A stretch of 64,000 nucleotides of DNA. Origin: the human T2T-CHM13v2.0 reference genome, Homo sapiens. Shown here piece after piece: positions 32,547 through 64,000 of this stretch. The position numbers were made by a program, and so were the translations under genes. The notes beneath the pieces were generated by a model that saw nothing but the letters and a program-made list of their open reading frames with translations, did not search any database and was not told where the DNA came from. The stretch lies in assembly GCF_009914755.1 (NCBI RefSeq), contig NC_060943.1; one strand, written 5' to 3'. Numbering within the stretch: the first letter of the stretch is position 1; the number at the start of each line of letters is the position of its first letter.

Positions 32547-32554
32547 GTAAACAA
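32547..32554 (-). promoter_or_regulatory. FOXO (DAF-16 binding element) site TTGTTTAC
   Basis: Perfect GTAAACAA within the CpG island, ~460 nt upstream of the ATG. FOXO1 feedback activation of INSR is established. Confidence 0.8.
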
Positions 32555-32679
32555 CGCGGCCCGTCAGCTGGGCCCCGTGCGGGCCGCGGGAAAAGGCGGC
32601 GCGGATCTGGCCTAGGAAGGGACTCTGCGCCCGGGAGAGGCCCAGGAGAGGGAGGGAAAGCTTGCAGGGGAGGGAGGTG

Positions 32680-32720
32680 CCGCCCGGTCCCGCCCCGCCC
32701 CGCCCGCCTCCCCGCCTCCC
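32680..32720 (-). promoter_or_regulatory. Sp1/KLF GC-box cluster (about -595 to -635 from ATG)
   Basis: ccgcccggtcccgccccgccccgcccgcctccccgcctccc gives overlapping GGGCGG boxes on the minus strand. Confidence 0.85.
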
Positions 32721-32859
32721 TGTGCCGGGCCCCGCGCGGGAGGCCCTGGGCGCGCCGGGACCGAGGGCGCGCCCCAGATCCGCGCGCCCTACAGCCCCGA
32801 GTCTCCTCCAGTTTCAGACCCCCGGAGGCGCCCCACAGGCCCGACGCAGCGGCACAGAT

Positions 32860-33010
32860 CCTTTCTCTACCATTTTGCTATTTTGTTCATAGTGGGCTTT
32901 GGAGGATTCCTGTTGATTTTTTAAAAAATACTGCATTAAAATGTTTATTTTGGTGACTCGAGGTGGTTTTGGTTTCTTTCTTTTTTTTTTTTTTTCACTC
33001 CCTTAAATTT
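32860..33010. promoter_or_regulatory. AT-rich promoter block (HMGA1/C/EBP/forkhead-type region)
   Basis: Abrupt AT-rich segment with A/T tracts and TGTTTAT (32942-32948) inside the CpG island. AT-rich HMGA1-binding elements are known in the INSR promoter. Confidence 0.55.
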
Positions 33011-33804
33011 TGCACCCCAGGCGAGTAGTGTCTCACTCGCCTTTCCTCAGTCCGGGCCTGGCCAGCGACACTCGTCCCAGAGCGCGTGGGCGCCCCCAGA
33101 TGTCCCGCCCGCGCGTGCGCCCCGGCCCAGGGGCGAGACCCAAGCCAGGCCCCTGGGGACAGCCACGTGCCCGCGTGCCCAGTGCGCTCCCTGTGTTCAA
33201 GTTGGAGAAATGACACCTGGAAAAATGTGCAGACGCTTCTGAAAGGGCAAAGACGACGCCAAAGAAGACGCCGGAGACCTCGAATAGGGCGCAGGTGGAC
33301 ATCTCTGATTTTCAGCAGACCAGCCTGTATGTGTCTGAAGTCTAGCAACGACATTCACCAACAAGGCGGGACAGCGGTTCCACCTACCTTACTGCAGGAG
33401 AGGAAGGGGCTTTCAGTATAGGAAAGCCAGAACTCAATGGGAGGAGGGTTCCTCCACCCCTCACTCCTGTGTGGTCTTGGACCAGGGACTTTTCTGTCTC
33501 TGGGCCAGTTTCACTTGTGTAATGGGTTTAATAATACCTGCATGCCAGTTCTGGGGAGGTACCCGGGAAAGAAAACTTAAGAAAGCGCCCAGCACAACCC
33601 TAGACCCAAGGCATTCATTCTTCTTTCATTCAATAAACAGTTTGCTAGGAGCTGGACCCACTGTTCATGCAACAGGCCAAACCTATTCCTGCCTCTGGGC
33701 CTTTGCCCCAGCATTTCCCTTGCCCGTAACACTCCAGGATGGCTTCATCTCTGAAGTGCCATCCCTAACCATATTTTTGCAAATCCTCCCCCCAGTTCCG
33801 TTTC

Positions 33805-33832
33805 CTTCTCTCTCTCTCTCTCTCTCTCTCTG

Positions 33833-33863
<31 letters not shown>

Positions 33864-34142
33864 TGGAGTTTTTCTCTGTTGCCCAGGCTGGAGTGCAATG
33901 GCCAGATCTCAGTTCACTGCAACATCACCTGCCTGGGTTCAAGCGATTCTCCTGCCTCAACCTCCCAAGTAACTTGGATTACAGGCATGCGCCAGCACAC
34001 CCAGCTAATTTTCTGTATTTTTAGTAGAGACAGGATTTCACCATGTTGGCCTGGCCGGTCTCAAACTCCTGACCTCAGGTGATCCACCAGCCTTGGCCTC
34101 CCAAAGTGCTGGGATTACAGGCCTGAGCCACTGCGCCCGGCC
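33805..34142 (-). mobile_element. Alu with (CT)n-T-rich tail, about 1.75 kb upstream of the ATG
   Basis: (TC)n, then a long T run, then reverse Alu; embedded in MIR/L2 remnants. Confidence 0.9.
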
Positions 34143-34623
34143 CCTTCTCTCTCATTTTCATAGCGTGTTTACCCCACTACCTGCAATTGTTTGTTTTTTT
34201 TTTTCTTTTCTTTCTTTTTTTTTCCTTTTGACAGAATCTTGCTGTCACCCAGGCAGGAATGCAGTGGTGCAATCCTAGCTTACTGCAGCCTTGAACTCCT
34301 GGCCTCAAGCAATCCTCCTGCCTTGGCCTCCCAAGGTGCTAGGATTACAGGCATGCGCCACCATGATTGGCCTTGAAATTCTTATTCGTTTTCTGTGTCT
34401 TCTCCCCTTCCCGTGAAGGCGGAAATCTTTTCGGTCTTGTTTCACTGCTTAAACCCAGTGCCTGACAAATCTGTTGCTTAATAAATATTTGTTGAGTGGG
34501 AGAATCAACAAGCAATAAGTAATAGGGGATTTTTCAGTGAGCAAAATAAACATGACCCATTTCCTTATGGAGTTCACAACTGAGCCAGGGAGAGAGCCCT
34601 TAAAATAATTGAGTGTGTAATGA

Positions 34624-34956
<333 letters not shown>

Positions 34957-35025
34957 TGAGCCACTGCACCTGACTGAGGATGTGATTTTGAGCTTAAGTC
35001 TGAAAATGAAGAGGAGCCATCCTAG

Positions 35026-37290
<2,265 letters not shown>

Positions 37291-37323
37291 TAAAAAGTGC
37301 AGAACCTAGAATATGCCATGTTA

Positions 37324-41634
<4,311 letters not shown>

Positions 41635-41640
<6 letters not shown>

Positions 41641-41850
41641 GAGAGAGAAAGGAAGAGAGAGAGAGAGAGAAAGAAAGAGAGAAAGAGAGAAGAGAGAGAG
41701 AAAGAGATAGAAAAAAGGAAATCAAAGGAAGGGGAGGGGGAGGGGGAGGGGAGGGGGAGGGGAGGGGGAGGGGAGGGGGAGGGAGGGGGAAGGGGAGGGG
41801 GGAGGGGAGGGGAGGAGAGGGAGGAAGGGAAGAAGAGAAGGGAAGGGCAG
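41635..41850 (+). repeat. Polypurine tract: (GA)n/(GAAA)n followed by (G4-5A)n
   Basis: Seen directly; almost no pyrimidines. Confidence 0.95.
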
Positions 41851-42557
41851 GGCTTCTATGTCAAACTATTTGTGCCTCAATCAGGCAAAGAATATAAAGG
41901 AAGTATTACCAATTTATCTGGAGATACTGGCGCAATGATCTTTGCTTCTCTCTCTTCCCATTTCCCTCTCCTCGGTGCACTTTTCAAGAAAGACGAAGAC
42001 AAAATTTATGTAAAATATTCTCATTTCTCAAAAGCACTTCTTGGATTTGTTTCGCAAATGTACAAGACCCTTTCCCACTGGCTGAGAGAGGTAGTTACCC
42101 GAATCTAGGTAGAAAATGATTATATAAAATTTTATAAGTAAAATTATTTTTGCAACATAAACACTGAAAAGATATTCAGCGAAACAATGTCATGTTTCAA
42201 GAAAAGACCAAGCTACATCTACATGTCCTGAGATGAGAACTTCCTATATATATAACTACCTAAAAAGAATCAAATGCAGAACCATGTACCTGAAACACTA
42301 TCATTTGCATTTTAAAGGGGGGTGAGGTACAGCCACGCACACTCACCTATACGCATTCACAGATATTTCCAGAATCTTGAAGTACGTCTCCAAAAACACA
42401 TTCAAAACTGGCAATCTTTTTTTGTCTGTTTGAAGAGTTTTAACCATGTATATTAATTCCCTTTTTAAAACACAGCATGAGACAGTTAATTTTTTTTTTT
42501 TTTTTCAGAACAGCATCACCATAGCTACAAAATGACATAAAATAAAATACAAAGAGA

Positions 42558-42738
42558 GCCGGGCGTGGTATGCCCCGCCTGTAGTCCTGGCTACTCCGGA
42601 GGCTGAGGCGGAAGGAACGCTTGAGCCCGGGAGTTCAAGGATATAGAGAAACATGTTCCCGCCTCTGAGTACCACTGTATTCCAGCGTGGTTGACATAGG
42701 GAGACCCCACCTCCTAAGAAAAAAAAAAAAAAAAAAAA
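42558..42738 (+). mobile_element. FAM-like fossil Alu monomer with A20 tail
   Basis: GCCGGGCGTGG..GCCTGTAGTCC..GCTTGAGCCCGGGAGTTCAAGG..CCACTGTATTCCAGC..ACATAGGGAGACCCC; monomer with FAM-type central segment. Confidence 0.75.
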
Positions 42739-42860
42739 CTTAGAAAAACAATTAACAGCAATGGCTCTGACCTAAATTTTTTAAAAAACTAATGCTTTAT
42801 AACTTGAATAAATAAAGAAATGTGCCTTATTATTTCTGGGAAAAAGAACAGAATATTGGA

Positions 42861-44400
<1,540 letters not shown>

Positions 44401-44514
44401 CATCTGACTTCTTAAGTCACCTTGCCTTATTACCCATCAGAGGAAGACATTTCTACTCCCTTCCCTCTCTGAGATGCTCTATTTGCGTTAAAACAATCGT
44501 AACAGTCCATGCTT

Positions 44515-46425
<1,911 letters not shown>

Positions 46426-46698
46426 CCTAGACTGACGATCTTTTGATGGTGTTTGCTCTTCCCCACACTCTGAAGTTTAAGGACACAATCAATGAGACCA
46501 GTCTCTACAGCAGAACACGTTGGTGCTACCTGCTATTCTGTTGTGGAGTTGGTGGTTGGGAATTTCCTATTGAGTAGCTCTCATTCAAGGGGTTATAATT
46601 CCGTAAAAGCTGCCCCCATCCTATCTGATGTAAAAACCTTCAGAGTTGAAACCATCCATCACTAGTTACAAAGTAGCTCAACAAGAATCCAAGAGGCA

Positions 46699-50460
<3,762 letters not shown>

Positions 50461-50674
50461 TTGTGGCGTACACATCCCGCACCCCAACACCTTCTTGGTG
50501 TCTGCTTCCAGAGCACCCCACTGGGTGACCGTCAAGCTCCACAGCTGAGTTTCTGACCACTGTGCTTCCCAGATTCCCTCCTGAATGCTCCATCTTCCGA
50601 ATGCCTTTGGGCCACAGATGGCCCGGGAAGGAGGCTTTCTGCTAGCATAAGTCACTGTAGTACAGTGTACATAG

Positions 50675-54765
<4,091 letters not shown>

Positions 54766-55129
54766 TCATGGCTTTTTATTGCTGTGTTCACAGCTCTGTC
54801 ATCTTTCTGGCGCATTAGGCTTCCTGCAAGGCTTGGACTTCCAGCCTTGGCTCCTCTGCTCCAGTGCTGTGGACACGGACCAAGGAGTGCTCTCCTAGGA
54901 ATGATCATGTCTCACCAGTGCCCTGGTGAAGAACCTTGCGCAGAGCCATCCATGACCAACTGTGGCATTTCCCGAGGTGCTGGGCATGGATTACTGTTAG
55001 TAAGATAAGTGACTCGAGGTGGCATAAAGGCGTGATGATGTCCTTTCACACAGCGAGGACGTGATTGCCTCTTAAATTCTCTCGGTTGACTCTGGGAATA
55101 CGTCTCTATTTGGTGTTACTCCGGCTTTT

Positions 55130-59300
<4,171 letters not shown>

Positions 59301-59691
59301 AAAAGTTAAAATTTTAAAAAAAGAAAAACAACAGCCAGGGGTTATGTCTCGAGACCATCCACAGGGGGATAAAAAAATGTCTTCTCTAAATTGCAACAAA
59401 AAATAGACAATCATGAACAACCCCAGTCATAAAATCATCATCTCCGTGATCACCACCAGACCATCAGCAGCCAACCAACCCCCTAAAACAGCTCCGGCTT
59501 TACAGTTCTTGGGTCTGTCTGAGAGAGACCTCAATGCATGCATGTTCCAAACCAAGAGAACCCGAAGGTCACTTCTGAAGTCACATCCTCTATCCACCCG
59601 CCAGGCAAGGCCAAAACAAACAGGAGCTGATAAGCCGGCTCTATTCTGAGTAGAGAAGGGTCAGCTTATCACCCAGCCGGCCCTGCCCTAA

Positions 59692-64000
<4,309 letters not shown>

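Noticed and set aside
33417-33423. TATA-like TATAGGA upstream of the CpG island
   Set aside because: Poor match, on the opposite strand and far from the start region; INSR is TATA-less.
54767-55120. Unique-looking segment considered as a processed pseudogene or LTR
   Set aside because: No recognisable protein, poly(A)/TSD or LTR termini; cannot be assigned without a database search.

Overview
Human (primate) genomic DNA containing the 5' end of the insulin receptor gene INSR on the minus strand. Coding exon 1 is at 31986-32085 (signal peptide), intron 1 spans about 25.9 kb, and exon 2 is at 5537-6088 (552 bp, L1 domain and start of the Cys-rich domain), followed by the start of intron 2. A TATA-less CpG-island promoter carries GC-box clusters and a perfect FOXO site. 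The remaining ~31 kb upstream has no recognisable gene. By eye roughly half of the window is Alu, mixed with old L1/L2/MIR fragments, hAT and Tigger DNA transposons and one deleted solo LTR. Nearly all ORFs in the supplied track are Alu or simple-repeat artefacts. No new protein-coding gene is supported. The most interesting hypotheses are RNA-level: (1) three YAG acceptors each followed by a UG tract upstream of exon 2 (candidate TDP-43-repressed poison exons); (2) exon 2 as a circle with an endless ORF and a strong-Kozak AUG; (3) a MER58A-supplied poly(A) signal that could yield a short secreted L1 isoform; (4) a 10-codon uORF; (5) a CpG-retaining FAM monomer with a Pol III gene-like layout. 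Repeat family names are from memory of consensus sequences, and repeat boundaries are approximate.
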